Source: an uncultured Solirubrobacteraceae bacterium
GTDB taxonomy: Bacteria > Actinomycetota > Thermoleophilia > Solirubrobacterales > Solirubrobacteraceae
NCBI GenBank assembly: GCA_902806215.1
Contig: CADCVT010000137.1
Location: 1 to 36,593 of the forward strand
Direction of reading: 5' to 3'
Length of the DNA: 36,593 bases
The notes beneath the pieces were generated by a model. That model was given only the letters and a program-made list of their open reading frames with translations. It ran no database searches and had not been told where the DNA came from. The translations under genes were made by a program, and so were the position numbers. Of this stretch, positions 17,034 to 26,595 are shown one piece after another (position 1 is the first letter of the stretch; every line of letters begins with the position of its first letter).

Positions 17034-18317
17034 GTGAAGTTCGACCGCAAGGCCATGCTCACGATGACCGCGGGCGCCGCCGCGGGCGGACTGATGGCCG
17101 CGCCGTCGGCACGCGCCGCCGACCCCACGCCTGGTAACGACGACGTCATCTTCGAGGGAGTCGGCGACGGCGTCGCCGATGACGGCCCGGCGCTCCAGGC
17201 CGCGCTCGACCGGCTGGCCGCCGCGGCCGGCGGCCGGCTCGTCGTCCCGCACGGCACGTTCCGGATCGCCACAGCGGTCCGAGGTGACTTCACCCGGAAG
17301 GCGGCCGGCGTGCGCATCGTCGGCAGCGGCTCGGCCTCGCGGATCCTGATCGCGACGGGCGTCGCCGCCGACGCGATCACGTTCGCCGGGTGCTTCGACC
17401 TCGTGATCAGCGACCTGTACTTCGTCGGCACGCCGGGGCAGGCCGACGACGCCAGGTGCGCGCTGCTGTTGACCAACTGCGAGAAGGCGTGGATCAGGTC
17501 GTGCGGGTTCGTGGGGCTGGCGGTCGCCGCCGCCACGGCGAGAGCCGTGATCTACGCGTCGGTGTGCGACCTGCGGATCAGCGAGTGCCGCTTCGGCGGG
17601 TGCACGGCGAGCAGCGGCCGCAACAAGTCGGTGGTCGAGGTCGACCAGTGGCGCGGCATCCAGGTCGAGAACACCGACTTCGTCGACTGGGCGTGGCTCG
17701 GCGACGTCTACTACTCGAAGACGCCGCAGAGATCGGCGTACTCGTGGATCACCGTCAGCAGGGCGCAGGACCATTACAACGACGGCATGGATCCCAACGA
17801 GGCGATCTTCCGGAACCTTCGCCTGGACGAGGGGGCCTACGTGCCGCTGTCGGTGCGCGCGGCGAACGGCCCGCGGGTCGCGAACGTGCTGGTCGAGAAC
17901 GTCGGGGTCAACGGCAACGAGGCCAGCGGCGGGATCGGGATGTACTTCCGCAACGTCGACCGGCTCAAGATCCGGGCGAGCCTCGTCGGCCTCCAGCAGG
18001 GTGGGTCGCGCCGCAACGCGGTGCAGCTCAACGACGTCGTCCACACAGAGATCGAGCGGCTCGTCGCCCGCGGGACCTACGACCAGATCACGACGGTCAA
18101 CTGCCCCACCCTGATCCTCGAGGACTGCACCTACGGCTCCCTGTCGACGACCGGAACCACCGTGATCACCGGGACGTCGCCGGCGATGCTCTCGGCGGCG
18201 GGAGACGTCACCGGCCTGCCGCCCGGCAAGGGCCTGGTCGTGATGTCGCCCAACGGCCAGGTCAAGAAGCGGATCGGCATCGACGACTCAGGCGCCGTCG
18301 CCGTCACCGACGTCTGA
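17034..18317 (+). CDS. Exported right-handed beta-helix protein (pectate-lyase-3/GH55-like N-terminus, tailspike-like), putative polysaccharide depolymerase
   Basis: GTG 17034 with an aagga-type RBS (alternative ATG 16986 overlapping the upstream stop). Tat-like leader KFDRKAMLTMTAGAAAGG..ARA; GVGDGVADDGPALQAALD..GGRLVVPHGTFRI; beta-helix-like periodicity (ISDLYF, IRSCGF, ISECRF, VENTDF, FRNLRL, VENVGV). Confidence 0.72.
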   Translation: MKFDRKAMLTMTAGAAAGGLMAAPSARAADPTPGNDDVIFEGVGDGVADDGPALQAALDRLAAAAGGRLVVPHGTFRIATAVRGDFTRKAAGVRIVGSGSASRILIATGVAADAITFAGCFDLVISDLYFVGTPGQADDARCALLLTNCEKAWIRSCGFVGLAVAAATARAVIYASVCDLRISECRFGGCTASSGRNKSVVEVDQWRGIQVENTDFVDWAWLGDVYYSKTPQRSAYSWITVSRAQDHYNDGMDPNEAIFRNLRLDEGAYVPLSVRAANGPRVANVLVENVGVNGNEASGGIGMYFRNVDRLKIRASLVGLQQGGSRRNAVQLNDVVHTEIERLVARGTYDQITTVNCPTLILEDCTYGSLSTTGTTVITGTSPAMLSAAGDVTGLPPGKGLVVMSPNGQVKKRIGIDDSGAVAVTDV

Positions 18318-19442
18318 CGTCTCAGGCGACGTTCCGGCGTCGAGCGCCTCGAGCCACCGGTCGATCACCACGTCGGGCGCATGATGCTCGACTACGTAGC
18401 GCCGGCACCGTGACGCGAGGTCCTGCTCTCGGTCACGCTGCTCCCACAGCCGCGCCGCGAGGGCCGCGAAGCGCTCGGTGCTCCCTCCGGCGTAGCCACC
18501 GAGCTCATACCGCTCGATCAGTGCGTCGGGGTCGTGGGCGAGCGAGAGGGCGGGAACCCCGCGCGCCCACCCTTCGAGGAACACGTTGGGCATGCCCTCG
18601 TAGTCGCGGGACGTGTTGACGACGGCGACCGCGCGCTCGATGACCGCGCCGACCTCGCGGCGCGGTCGCGCGTCGAGGACCTCCAGGTTCGGCAGCTCGG
18701 CCGCGCGGGTCAGCAGCCGCCGCCGGAGCGCCTCGGCCTCTGGTGAGACCGCCACCCCGAGGAGCCGGAACCGCGCGCGGGGCACGGCCTCGGCCAGGTC
18801 GACGTAGGCCCATGGGTCCTTGTATGGCTCCAGTCGCCCGATCCACACGAACGCCTCGCCCGGGGCGGTGCGCGCGGGCGCCGCCTCCGCGACGCTCCGG
18901 ATCACGACACCGTCGCGGCGCAGGTGCCGCCAGCACAGCTCGCGCTGCTCCTCGGTCTGCACGACGAGGCGGTCTGCCGCCCGGATCCCGAGCGCGTACC
19001 CCGCCCGGTTGAGCCGCGACCGCTCGAGACGATGCCAGGCGAAGTCCGTGACGTTCGCGCTCGAGAACACGAAGCGGCGCCGCCGCAGCCGGGCGGCGAA
19101 CGCGACGAGGCCGGTCACCGATCCCGCGCCGCGCTGCACGTAGGTCCGCGCGTCCGCCGCGAGCAGGAACCGCAGGGCCAGGACGATGCGCACCAGGGGC
19201 CGCAGCGGCCCGCCTCCGGCCGGCCGCGGCTGCCGGAGGACGTGCACCCCGTCGACGGTGTCGGGGAGCGCGATGCCAGTGTCGTCGACCCCGATCCCCA
19301 CGCGCAGACCGCGGGCGGCGAGGCCGCGCGCGACGAGCAGGACCTGGGTCTCCGCGCCTCCGGGAGGCGGACCGCTGCCCGGAACGAGAAGCGTGCCGAT
19401 CCACGGCGAGTAGAAGAGGACATCGAGCCGGTGCTCTGGCAT
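18288..19442 (-). CDS. Glycosyltransferase family 4
   Basis: GGAETQV, WIGRLEPYKDP, YEGMPNVFLEGWARGVP; start ATG 19442 within the 18288..19640 ORF. Confidence 0.9.
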   Translation of the reverse strand: MPEHRLDVLFYSPWIGTLLVPGSGPPPGGAETQVLLVARGLAARGLRVGIGVDDTGIALPDTVDGVHVLRQPRPAGGGPLRPLVRIVLALRFLLAADARTYVQRGAGSVTGLVAFAARLRRRRFVFSSANVTDFAWHRLERSRLNRAGYALGIRAADRLVVQTEEQRELCWRHLRRDGVVIRSVAEAAPARTAPGEAFVWIGRLEPYKDPWAYVDLAEAVPRARFRLLGVAVSPEAEALRRRLLTRAAELPNLEVLDARPRREVGAVIERAVAVVNTSRDYEGMPNVFLEGWARGVPALSLAHDPDALIERYELGGYAGGSTERFAALAARLWEQRDREQDLASRCRRYVVEHHAPDVVIDRWLEALDAGTSPETSDVGDGDGA

Positions 19443-19538
19443 TCGGCGGCGGGACAGGCGGCCATCGTATCCGGAGCATGCCGGGCTTCGCGGGGCGTGT
19501 GACCGCGCCGGGGCTGCCTCTGCGGCAGGATGGAGGGC

Positions 19539-21410
19539 ATGTGTGGCATCTCCGGCTTCGCCGGTCCCGGCGCCGCGGGCCGTCGCGATCTGGCGGACCG
19601 CCAGATCGCGCTGCTCGATCACCGCGGCCCGGACGCGCACGGCGTCTTCGTGAAGCCCGATGCGGTGCTCGCGCAGAACCGCCTGGCCGTCATCGACCTC
19701 GTCTCCGGCGACCCGCCGCTCACCGACGAGTCAGGGGACGTCGGGGCGGTGCTCAACGGCGAGATCTACAACTTCCAGGCCCTGCGCGAGGAGCTGGCCC
19801 ACGCCGGGCACCGCTTCTCCTCGCGCGGTGACACCGAGGTGCTCGCCCACCTCGCCGAGGAGGAGGACGATCCGCGCGAGCTCGCCCGGCGCCTCGACGG
19901 CATGTTCGCGTTCGCGACGTGGGACGAGCGGCGTCGGCGCCTCCTGCTCGGCCGCGACCGCCTCGGCAAGAAGCCGCTGTACTACGCGATGACCTCCGAC
20001 GGTCAGCTCGTCTTCGCCAGCGAGATCAAGGCGCTGCTCGCGCACCCCGGCGTTCCGCGCGAGTTCGACCCGTCAGTGCTCCCCTCCTACCTGCTGTACG
20101 GCTACGTCCCGTCGCCCGGCACGGTGTACGGGGGCATCCAGTCGGTGCCACCGGGGGCGGTGCTCGCCTTCACGCCGGGCGGCGAGCCACGGGTCGTCTC
20201 GTACTGGGAGCCGCCCCTCGTCGGCCACAACGCCGGCGCGCACGCCGACCTGTCGCTTCGCGCGGCGGCCGCCGGCGTCCGCGAGCGGCTCGAGCGCGCG
20301 GTGGAGCGGCGGCTTGTCGCCGACGTCCCGCTGGGCGCGTACCTCAGCGGCGGCATCGACTCGAGCGCCATCGTGGCCCTGGCCGCGGACCGGGCGGACC
20401 ACCGCCTGAGCACGTTCACCATCGGCTTCGAGGACACCGACGGGTTCGACGAGCGCCCGTACGCGAAAATCGTGGCGCGACGCTACGGGACCGACCATCA
20501 CGAGTGGGTGGTGCAGCCCGAGGCCGTCGACCTCGTCGACCGCCTCGTGTGGCACTACGACCAGCCGTTCGGGGACTCGAGCGCGATCCCCACCTACCTG
20601 CTCGCCGAGCTCACCCGCAGGCACGTTACCGTCGCCCTGTCGGGCGACGGAGGCGACGAGCTGTTCGGCGGCTACGAGCGGTTACTCGGCGGCCTGCTCC
20701 TCGCGCGCTACAACGCGGCACCGTCGCTCCTGCGGCGGGGCGTCGACAGGACGCTCGAGGCGGCGGCGTCGAGCCCCGCCCTCGACCGGGCGCGCCGCTT
20801 CACGGCCAGCGCGGATCGTGGGCTGCCGATCGCCTACGAGAGCTGGGCCGGGTTCGTCTCGGAGGCGGACCGCGACCAGCTGCTCCGTGGGCAGGACGGC
20901 GCGGGTGCCGCGCACGCGCGGATCTGGGAGGCTTCGGCCGGCGCCGCGACGCTCGACCGCCTGCTCGACCTGAACCTGAGGACCTACCTCCTGGGCGACC
21001 TGCTGCCGAAGGCCGACCGGATGAGCATGGCCCACGCGCTCGAGGTGCGATCGCCGTTCCTGGACGCCGAGCTCCTCGACTACGCGGCCCGCCTGCCGCC
21101 CGCGCTGAAGATCCGCGGGCCGGTGCTGAAGCGGGTCCTCAAGGCGGCCGTCGCCGACCTGCTCCCAAGCGAGATCGTCAAGCGGCGCAAGAGGGGTTTC
21201 GGGGTGCCCGTCGACCGGTGGTTCCGGACCGACCTGCGCGAGTACGTCACGTCGCGCCTCACGGCCCCCGACGCGCGTCTCAAGGAGTGGCTGGACCCCG
21301 GCGCCGTCGACGCGCTCGTCGCCGATCACGTGAGCGGCCGGCGCAACAGCGGGCACTCGCTGTGGACGCTCCTGACGCTGGAGGTTTTCCTGCGCGAGCG
21401 GATCGGCTAG
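19539..21410 (+). CDS. asnB: Asparagine synthase (glutamine-hydrolyzing) family amidotransferase, likely glycan (uronate) amidation
   Basis: MCGISG (N-terminal nucleophile Cys requires the 19539 start), HRGPD, NGEIYN, GDTEV, RDRLGKKPLYY, LSGGIDSS, LSGDGGDELFGGY, DRMSMAHALEVRSPFLD, KRGFGVP. Confidence 0.95.
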   Translation: MCGISGFAGPGAAGRRDLADRQIALLDHRGPDAHGVFVKPDAVLAQNRLAVIDLVSGDPPLTDESGDVGAVLNGEIYNFQALREELAHAGHRFSSRGDTEVLAHLAEEEDDPRELARRLDGMFAFATWDERRRRLLLGRDRLGKKPLYYAMTSDGQLVFASEIKALLAHPGVPREFDPSVLPSYLLYGYVPSPGTVYGGIQSVPPGAVLAFTPGGEPRVVSYWEPPLVGHNAGAHADLSLRAAAAGVRERLERAVERRLVADVPLGAYLSGGIDSSAIVALAADRADHRLSTFTIGFEDTDGFDERPYAKIVARRYGTDHHEWVVQPEAVDLVDRLVWHYDQPFGDSSAIPTYLLAELTRRHVTVALSGDGGDELFGGYERLLGGLLLARYNAAPSLLRRGVDRTLEAAASSPALDRARRFTASADRGLPIAYESWAGFVSEADRDQLLRGQDGAGAAHARIWEASAGAATLDRLLDLNLRTYLLGDLLPKADRMSMAHALEVRSPFLDAELLDYAARLPPALKIRGPVLKRVLKAAVADLLPSEIVKRRKRGFGVPVDRWFRTDLREYVTSRLTAPDARLKEWLDPGAVDALVADHVSGRRNSGHSLWTLLTLEVFLRERIG

Positions 21411-22558
21411 CGCCGTTCGAGGAGCTGGTCGTAGAGCGCCTCGACGTCGGCGACGAGCCGGTCGACCCCGAACCGCTCGCGCACGTGGGCCCGCGCGTGC
21501 GCCCCCATGCGCTCGCGCAGGGCCGGATCGGCGGCCAGCTCGGCCAGCGCCGCCGCGAACCCGGCAACGTCGTCCGCGGACACGACGAACCCGGCCCCTG
21601 GGACGACGACGTCGCGCACGCCGCCGACATCGGTCGCGACGAGTGGCCGGCCCGCGGCCGCCGCCTCGATGAGCGATACGGGCGTGCCTTCGCTGGCCGA
21701 GCTGAGGGCGCCGACGTCGGTGGCGGCGGCGATCGCCTCGAGGTCCCGGCGATAGCCCAGGAACGTCGTGTGGCGCTCCAGGCCGACCGCGCGGACCTGC
21801 TCCTCCAGCTCGGCACGCAGCGCCCCGTCGCCGACGACCGCGAGGTGCAGGCGCGCACCGTCGCGGCGAGCCTCGGCAACGGCGTCGACGAGTCGGTCGA
21901 CGCGTTTGATCGGCACGAGTCGTCCGACGAACGTGACGACCACATCGTCGTCGGCCACGCCGAGCTCGGTGCGCACGGCCCCGCGCGCCCCGGGCTCGAC
22001 GCGGTCGAACCGGGCGAGATCGAGGCCGAGCGGCACGACGCGGAAGCGCCGGGCCGGGGCGATCCGCAGCTCGACGAGATCGTCGACGGTCGCTCGGCTG
22101 ACGCCGACGAGGCAATCGGTGACGAGACCGAGCGCGCGCTCGATCGACCGGAAGATCGCGTTGCGCGCTGGGCCGAAGTACCCGCGCAGCACGTGGCCGT
22201 GGTACGTGTGGACGATGATCGGGCGCCCACGGCCGGCGAGGAGAGCGGCGACCCTCCCCAGCGTGCCCGCCTTAGCCGCGTGCGTGTGGACGATGTCCGG
22301 CCGGAACCGCCGGATCTCGCGGACGAGCCGCCACAGCGCCCGGGCGTCCGCGGCCGGAGAGAGCTCCGGCCCGAGGAAGGGCACCGAGATCCACCGAGCC
22401 CCAGAGCGGTCGGCCAGCTCGTCGTACGACTCCTCGCCTGGGCCGACGGACCCGGCCAGCAGCAGCGACTCGTAGCGCGAGCGGTCCAGGCGGCCGCCCA
22501 GGAGGCTGACGTGGTACGCGGGGCCGCCGAGGTTCATGCGGGCGATGATGCGCAGCAC
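21407..22558 (-). CDS. Glycosyltransferase family 4
   Basis: VLRIIARMNLGGPA, PDIVHTHAAKAG, HTYHGH, VGRLVPIKR, SEGTPVSLIEAAAAG, ATDVGG. Start GTG 22558, or CTG 22606 coupled to the upstream stop. Confidence 0.93.
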   Translation of the reverse strand: MLRIIARMNLGGPAYHVSLLGGRLDRSRYESLLLAGSVGPGEESYDELADRSGARWISVPFLGPELSPAADARALWRLVREIRRFRPDIVHTHAAKAGTLGRVAALLAGRGRPIIVHTYHGHVLRGYFGPARNAIFRSIERALGLVTDCLVGVSRATVDDLVELRIAPARRFRVVPLGLDLARFDRVEPGARGAVRTELGVADDDVVVTFVGRLVPIKRVDRLVDAVAEARRDGARLHLAVVGDGALRAELEEQVRAVGLERHTTFLGYRRDLEAIAAATDVGALSSASEGTPVSLIEAAAAGRPLVATDVGGVRDVVVPGAGFVVSADDVAGFAAALAELAADPALRERMGAHARAHVRERFGVDRLVADVEALYDQLLERR

Positions 22559-22602
22559 CCGGACCGGTGCGTCCGGGGGTGCGGTGTCGCCGGCGCCCCG
22601 GG

Positions 22603-23553
22603 TCAGGGCGCCACCGGCAGGTCGGTCGCCCCGCTCAGCGCTTCGTAGGTCCGGCGGAGGCCCTCCCCGAAGCCGATCGACGGCCGATACCCGAGGATCT
22701 CCGTCGCGCGCGAGATGTCGGCCAGCGAGTGGCGGACGTCCCCGGTTCGAGGCTCCGCGTGCTCGACATCGACCGTGAGGTTCAGCAGCGCGCCGATCTC
22801 GACGACCACCTCGTTCAGCGTGACGCGCTCGCCACACGCGACGTTGAAGACGCCGCCGCCGGGGGCGCGGCCGCTCATCGCCAGCAGGTTTGCGTCCACC
22901 ACGTTGTCGATGTAGGTGAAGTCGCGCGACTGCTCGCCGTCGCCGAAGATCGTCACGCTGCGGCGGGCCGCGGCGGCCTCGAGGAAGCGCGGGATGACCG
23001 CGGCGTACTGCGAGTTCGGATCCTGGCGCGGCCCGAAGACGTTGAAGTAGCGCAGGGCCACCCCCTCGACGCCGTAGACCTGGCTGAACGAGCGGCAGTA
23101 GCTCTCGCCGGCGAACTTCGCGACCGCGTAGGGCGAGATCGGCGCCACCGGCATGTCCTCGCGCTTCGGGAGCGCTGGGTTGGCGCCGTACACCGACGAC
23201 GACGACGCGTAGACGACGCGCTCGACGCCGGCGTCGCGCGCGGCGAGGAGCACGTTGAGCGTCCCGGTGACGTTGACGGCGTTCGACATCAGCGGGTCCT
23301 GCACGGATCGCGGGACGGACGGGAGCGCCGCCTGGTGGAGGATCAGCTGGCACCCGCGCGTTGCGTTTGCCACGCGCTCGTAGCTCTGGACGTCGCCCTC
23401 GACGAGGTCGACCTCACCGGCCACGTGCGCGAGGTTCTCCCGCCGCCCGGTCGCGAACGAATCGAGGACGCGGACGTCGTGGCCCTCGCGGAGGAGGCGA
23501 TCGACGAGGTGGGATCCGATGAACCCTCCTCCGCCTGTGACGAGCACTTTCAC
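22603..23553 (-). CDS. UDP-N-acetylglucosamine 4-epimerase-like SDR (WbpP/TviC-like)
   Basis: VLVTGGGGFIGSH, HQAALPSVPRSVQDP, YASSSSVYG, SPYAVAK, LRYFNVFGPRQDPNSQYAAVIP, GDGEQSRDFTY. Confidence 0.92.
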   Translation of the reverse strand: MKVLVTGGGGFIGSHLVDRLLREGHDVRVLDSFATGRRENLAHVAGEVDLVEGDVQSYERVANATRGCQLILHQAALPSVPRSVQDPLMSNAVNVTGTLNVLLAARDAGVERVVYASSSSVYGANPALPKREDMPVAPISPYAVAKFAGESYCRSFSQVYGVEGVALRYFNVFGPRQDPNSQYAAVIPRFLEAAAARRSVTIFGDGEQSRDFTYIDNVVDANLLAMSGRAPGGGVFNVACGERVTLNEVVVEIGALLNLTVDVEHAEPRTGDVRHSLADISRATEILGYRPSIGFGEGLRRTYEALSGATDLPVAP

Positions 23554-23593
23554 GGCACCCGTTGTACCGCACCCGGCCCCACGTGACGCTACG

Positions 23594-24349
23594 GTGGGCC
23601 GCGTCCTGAGCAGCGAACCGCACCCTCACAACGTCGAATGGACGCCCCGGAAGATCGCGCGGTTCTGGGGCTGGTGGGGCGACCAGATGGGGTCGCAGGC
23701 CTTCTTCAGCCTGACCCACGGCCCGCGGCTGCTCGACATCGCCGGGCGCTCGGTCCGGTTCGACGGCGCCCGCGTGGTCGACGTCGGCTGCGGTCCAGGG
23801 CACCTGCTCGACCACCTGCTCGAACGCGGCGCTCGGTGCTCCGGCGTCGAGGTGGCCGAGACGCTCGTCGCCGAGGCGAACGCCCGCCTCGAGGGGCGCC
23901 CCTGCTTCGAGGGGGTCTCCCAGGGTTCCGTCGACCACCTGCCGCTGCCCGACGGCATCGCCGACGTCGCGTGCTCGCTCGAGGTCGCGGAGCACCTGCT
24001 CGACGACCAGCTCGACGCCCACGTCGCGGAGATGAGGCGGATCCTCCGGCCGGGCGGCCACCTCGTCCTGACCACGCCCAACCGCGAGGACCTGCGTGCC
24101 GAGCACGCGCTGTGCCCGGACTGCGGCGCGGTCTTCCACCGCATCCAGCACGTTCGGGCGTGGACAGCCGAGTCCCTGACCGCCGTCGCCGGCCGCGCCG
24201 GCTTCGAGCCTGTCCGCGTCGTCACGACGGTCATGGCGCCGACACGGACGCAGGTGGTGCTGAACGTCGCCCGCCGGCGGCTGCGGCCTCTGGTCGGGGC
24301 CCCTCGGCTGCCGCTGCCCCAGCTCATCTACATCGGCCGGCGCGACTAG
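23594..24349 (+). CDS. Class I SAM-dependent methyltransferase with CxxC insert
   Basis: VVDVGCGPG, EVAEHL, RRILRPGGHLVLTTPN, CPDCGAVFHRIQH; start approximate. Confidence 0.9.
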   Translation: MGRVLSSEPHPHNVEWTPRKIARFWGWWGDQMGSQAFFSLTHGPRLLDIAGRSVRFDGARVVDVGCGPGHLLDHLLERGARCSGVEVAETLVAEANARLEGRPCFEGVSQGSVDHLPLPDGIADVACSLEVAEHLLDDQLDAHVAEMRRILRPGGHLVLTTPNREDLRAEHALCPDCGAVFHRIQHVRAWTAESLTAVAGRAGFEPVRVVTTVMAPTRTQVVLNVARRRLRPLVGAPRLPLPQLIYIGRRD

Positions 24350-25677
24350 CGAGCCGCTCCCGAGGCGCGTGGCCTGCGCAGCTGGCCGACGACCGACCGG
24401 ATCACGCCGGGCGGTGGCGGACGGAGCACCGCGCGGACAGGCGTCCCGGTCTGGGCGCGGAGGACCAGCAGCATGAGGCCGGCGAGCGTCCAGTAGGCGA
24501 TGGCCGACGCGATCGCCGCGCCGACGATGCCGAAGGGCGGGATCAGCAGCACGTCCAGGATGATGCTGAGAACCACCACGGACACCGCGGCGAGCGACAC
24601 ACGCGAAGGCGACGCCAGGCGGATGAGCAGCCCCCGCACCGGCCCCTCGATCGCCAGCCCGATCGCCCCGAACGCGAGGATGATCAGCGGCACGACGCTC
24701 TCCGTCCACTCCGATCCGTACAGGATCGCGATCAGGGGATACGCGGCCGCGGCGAGGAGGCTCGCCGCCGCTACCGCTAGCAGCCCCGCGAAGCGCGCCA
24801 GCTGCACGGTGTACTCGATCGCCCCCGCGTCGTCGTCCTCGGTCTGGCGGTTCAGGCCGGCGAGCGCCAGGCTCGACGCCACGAGGAACGCCACCTCTGC
24901 GATCGACGTGGACACGGAGTAGCGGCCTGCGGCGGCGGTTCCGATCAGGACGCCGACGAGCACGATGTCGAGCCGCATGATGAGGAACGCGCCGAGAGCG
25001 GTGGGGTGCAGCCACACCCCGAGGCCGAGCGCCCTCCGCCCCAGCGTGCCGGGCCACATCGGCAGCAGCGACCGCCAACCGACCCGGCGCGCGAGCGCGA
25101 GCGCCACGCCCCCGGTCCCCACGGCGAGCGCTCCCGAGATGACGGCAAGGACCGTGGCGGGCGCTACCGGTCCGACGACGACCTCGAGCAGCACCAGGGT
25201 TCCGAGCTGGACGCCCGCGCTGAACGCCATGGCGAGCCCGTAGGGCACCACGCCTCCGATGCGAAGGAGCACCGAGGCCCAGAGGAAGCTCGCCGAGGCG
25301 AGCGGGACGCCGGTTGCGGCGATGGCCAGCTCGGACACCGAGACGCCCTCGGGCAGGGCGGGGCGGATCGCCACTGCGAGCGCCGCATAGCCGACGAGCC
25401 CGACCGCGCCGACGAGCGCGCAGCCCGAGGAGGTCAGCCGCACGGCGGTCGGCGCGTCGAGCTCGCGCCGTGCCAGCAGTCTGCCGATCCCGCTCTCGAC
25501 CGACAGGTGCGTGGCGGTGCTGAGGATCGCCGCGAAGGTCGCGGGCAGGACGTACTCGCCGCGTCCAGCAGGACCCAGCACGCGGGCCGCCGCGACGTTG
25601 AAGCCGAACAGCAGCGCGAACTGCAGCAGCCGCAGGCCGATGAGCGCCGCGCTGCGCGATACGCCGTTGGGCGCCAT
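24346..25677 (-). CDS. wzx: Wzx-type oligosaccharide flippase (MOP/PST family)
   Basis: AARVLGPAGRGEY, RLDIVLVG..AAAGRYSV, ILYGSEW, LLIPPFGIVGAAIAS; about 12 TMs. Start ATG 25677 or 25680. Confidence 0.9.
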   Translation of the reverse strand: MAPNGVSRSAALIGLRLLQFALLFGFNVAAARVLGPAGRGEYVLPATFAAILSTATHLSVESGIGRLLARRELDAPTAVRLTSSGCALVGAVGLVGYAALAVAIRPALPEGVSVSELAIAATGVPLASASFLWASVLLRIGGVVPYGLAMAFSAGVQLGTLVLLEVVVGPVAPATVLAVISGALAVGTGGVALALARRVGWRSLLPMWPGTLGRRALGLGVWLHPTALGAFLIMRLDIVLVGVLIGTAAAGRYSVSTSIAEVAFLVASSLALAGLNRQTEDDDAGAIEYTVQLARFAGLLAVAAASLLAAAAYPLIAILYGSEWTESVVPLIILAFGAIGLAIEGPVRGLLIRLASPSRVSLAAVSVVVLSIILDVLLIPPFGIVGAAIASAIAYWTLAGLMLLVLRAQTGTPVRAVLRPPPPGVIRSVVGQLRRPRASGAAR

Positions 25678-25690
25678 CATCGGGAGGATG
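25675..25690. promoter_or_regulatory. Overlapping divergent leaderless promoter pair
   Basis: + strand: CATCAT (25675-80), 7 nt, ATG 25688. - strand: CATCCT (25690-85), 7 nt, ATG 25677. Confidence 0.5.
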
Positions 25691-26542
25691 GCAGCAACGT
25701 CAGAACCGGCGAGAAGCGCGACCGACCTCCTCCACGCAACCCGCCGCCGCGAGCTCGACCTGCTGTTCGGGCGCGTCCCTCCCGGCACGTTCGCGACCGG
25801 CCTGGAGCTCGGTGCCGGGGACGGCTACCAGTCCACGCTCCTGACGCGATGGGTCCGGCGGCTGACCAGCACCGACTACTGGGGGCCGCCGCCCGGCGAG
25901 CCCTCGGACGCGGTCGAGTACCGGCGATGCGACGCGGAGCGGGTGGACGAGGAGCTCCCCGACCGGCGATTCGACCTCGTCTTCTCGTCGAACATGATGG
26001 AGCACGTCCCCGACCCGCAGCGGGTCCTCGACGGCACGAGGCGCGTGATGGCGCCGGGAGCTCTCGCGGTGCACGTGATGCCGACCCCGTTCTGGAAGGC
26101 GACGCACCTCGCGGGGTTCTGGCCGAGCCGCGCGCGGACGGTCATCCGCGCCCTCCGCCGGCGACAGGCTGCGCTGGCCCCGCTGGCGACGGACGTGAAC
26201 AACCCGCACAAGGACGAGGGCTCCCCGCCGCGCCGCGCGCTCCTCGTCCCGCCGCCGCACGGCGCGGACGAGAACACGCTGGCCGAGCTCTGGCGATTCA
26301 GCCGGCGGCGCTGGCGCAGCGAGTTCGAGCGGGCCGGTTACGTGGTGGTGGCCGAGATCGCCGGCCCCGTCACGTCGGGGTACGGCTTCGGGCTCGACGC
26401 GACAAGGCGGCGGCTCGAGGTTGCCGGCGTGTCGTCGGAGACCGGGTTCGTGGTACGTCCAGCCGGCGACCCGTCGCCGTACGAGCCCTTCCTGACGGGG
26501 GATGCGCCGCGAACGGGCGCCGCACCCGTGCCGGGCCGCTAA
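25688..26542 (+). CDS. Class I SAM-dependent methyltransferase
   Basis: GLELGAGDG, FDLVFSSNMMEHVPD, RRVMAPGALAVHVMP; ATG 25688 within the 25511..26542 ORF. Confidence 0.88.
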   Translation: MAATSEPARSATDLLHATRRRELDLLFGRVPPGTFATGLELGAGDGYQSTLLTRWVRRLTSTDYWGPPPGEPSDAVEYRRCDAERVDEELPDRRFDLVFSSNMMEHVPDPQRVLDGTRRVMAPGALAVHVMPTPFWKATHLAGFWPSRARTVIRALRRRQAALAPLATDVNNPHKDEGSPPRRALLVPPPHGADENTLAELWRFSRRRWRSEFERAGYVVVAEIAGPVTSGYGFGLDATRRRLEVAGVSSETGFVVRPAGDPSPYEPFLTGDAPRTGAAPVPGR

Positions 26543-26595
26543 CCTCGACCGACCCGACGTCCTGCTCTAGGTGGGAGCGGCGGAAGCCGTCCTCC

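Noticed and set aside
17034..18317. Prophage remnant
   Set aside because: No other phage genes, integrase or att-like sites; the gene has an export leader and host-like composition.
19539..21410. AsnB as a lasso-peptide cyclase (with the nucleotidyltransferase and ABC exporter)
   Set aside because: It has an intact Cys2 glutaminase domain and is flanked by GT4 genes; no precursor, B protein or RRE is visible in the window.
25006..26595. Apparent 1539-aa version of the WecA-ligase fusion
   Set aside because: The upstream part overlaps wzx and the methyltransferase and is junk; WecA similarity starts at ATG 26596.
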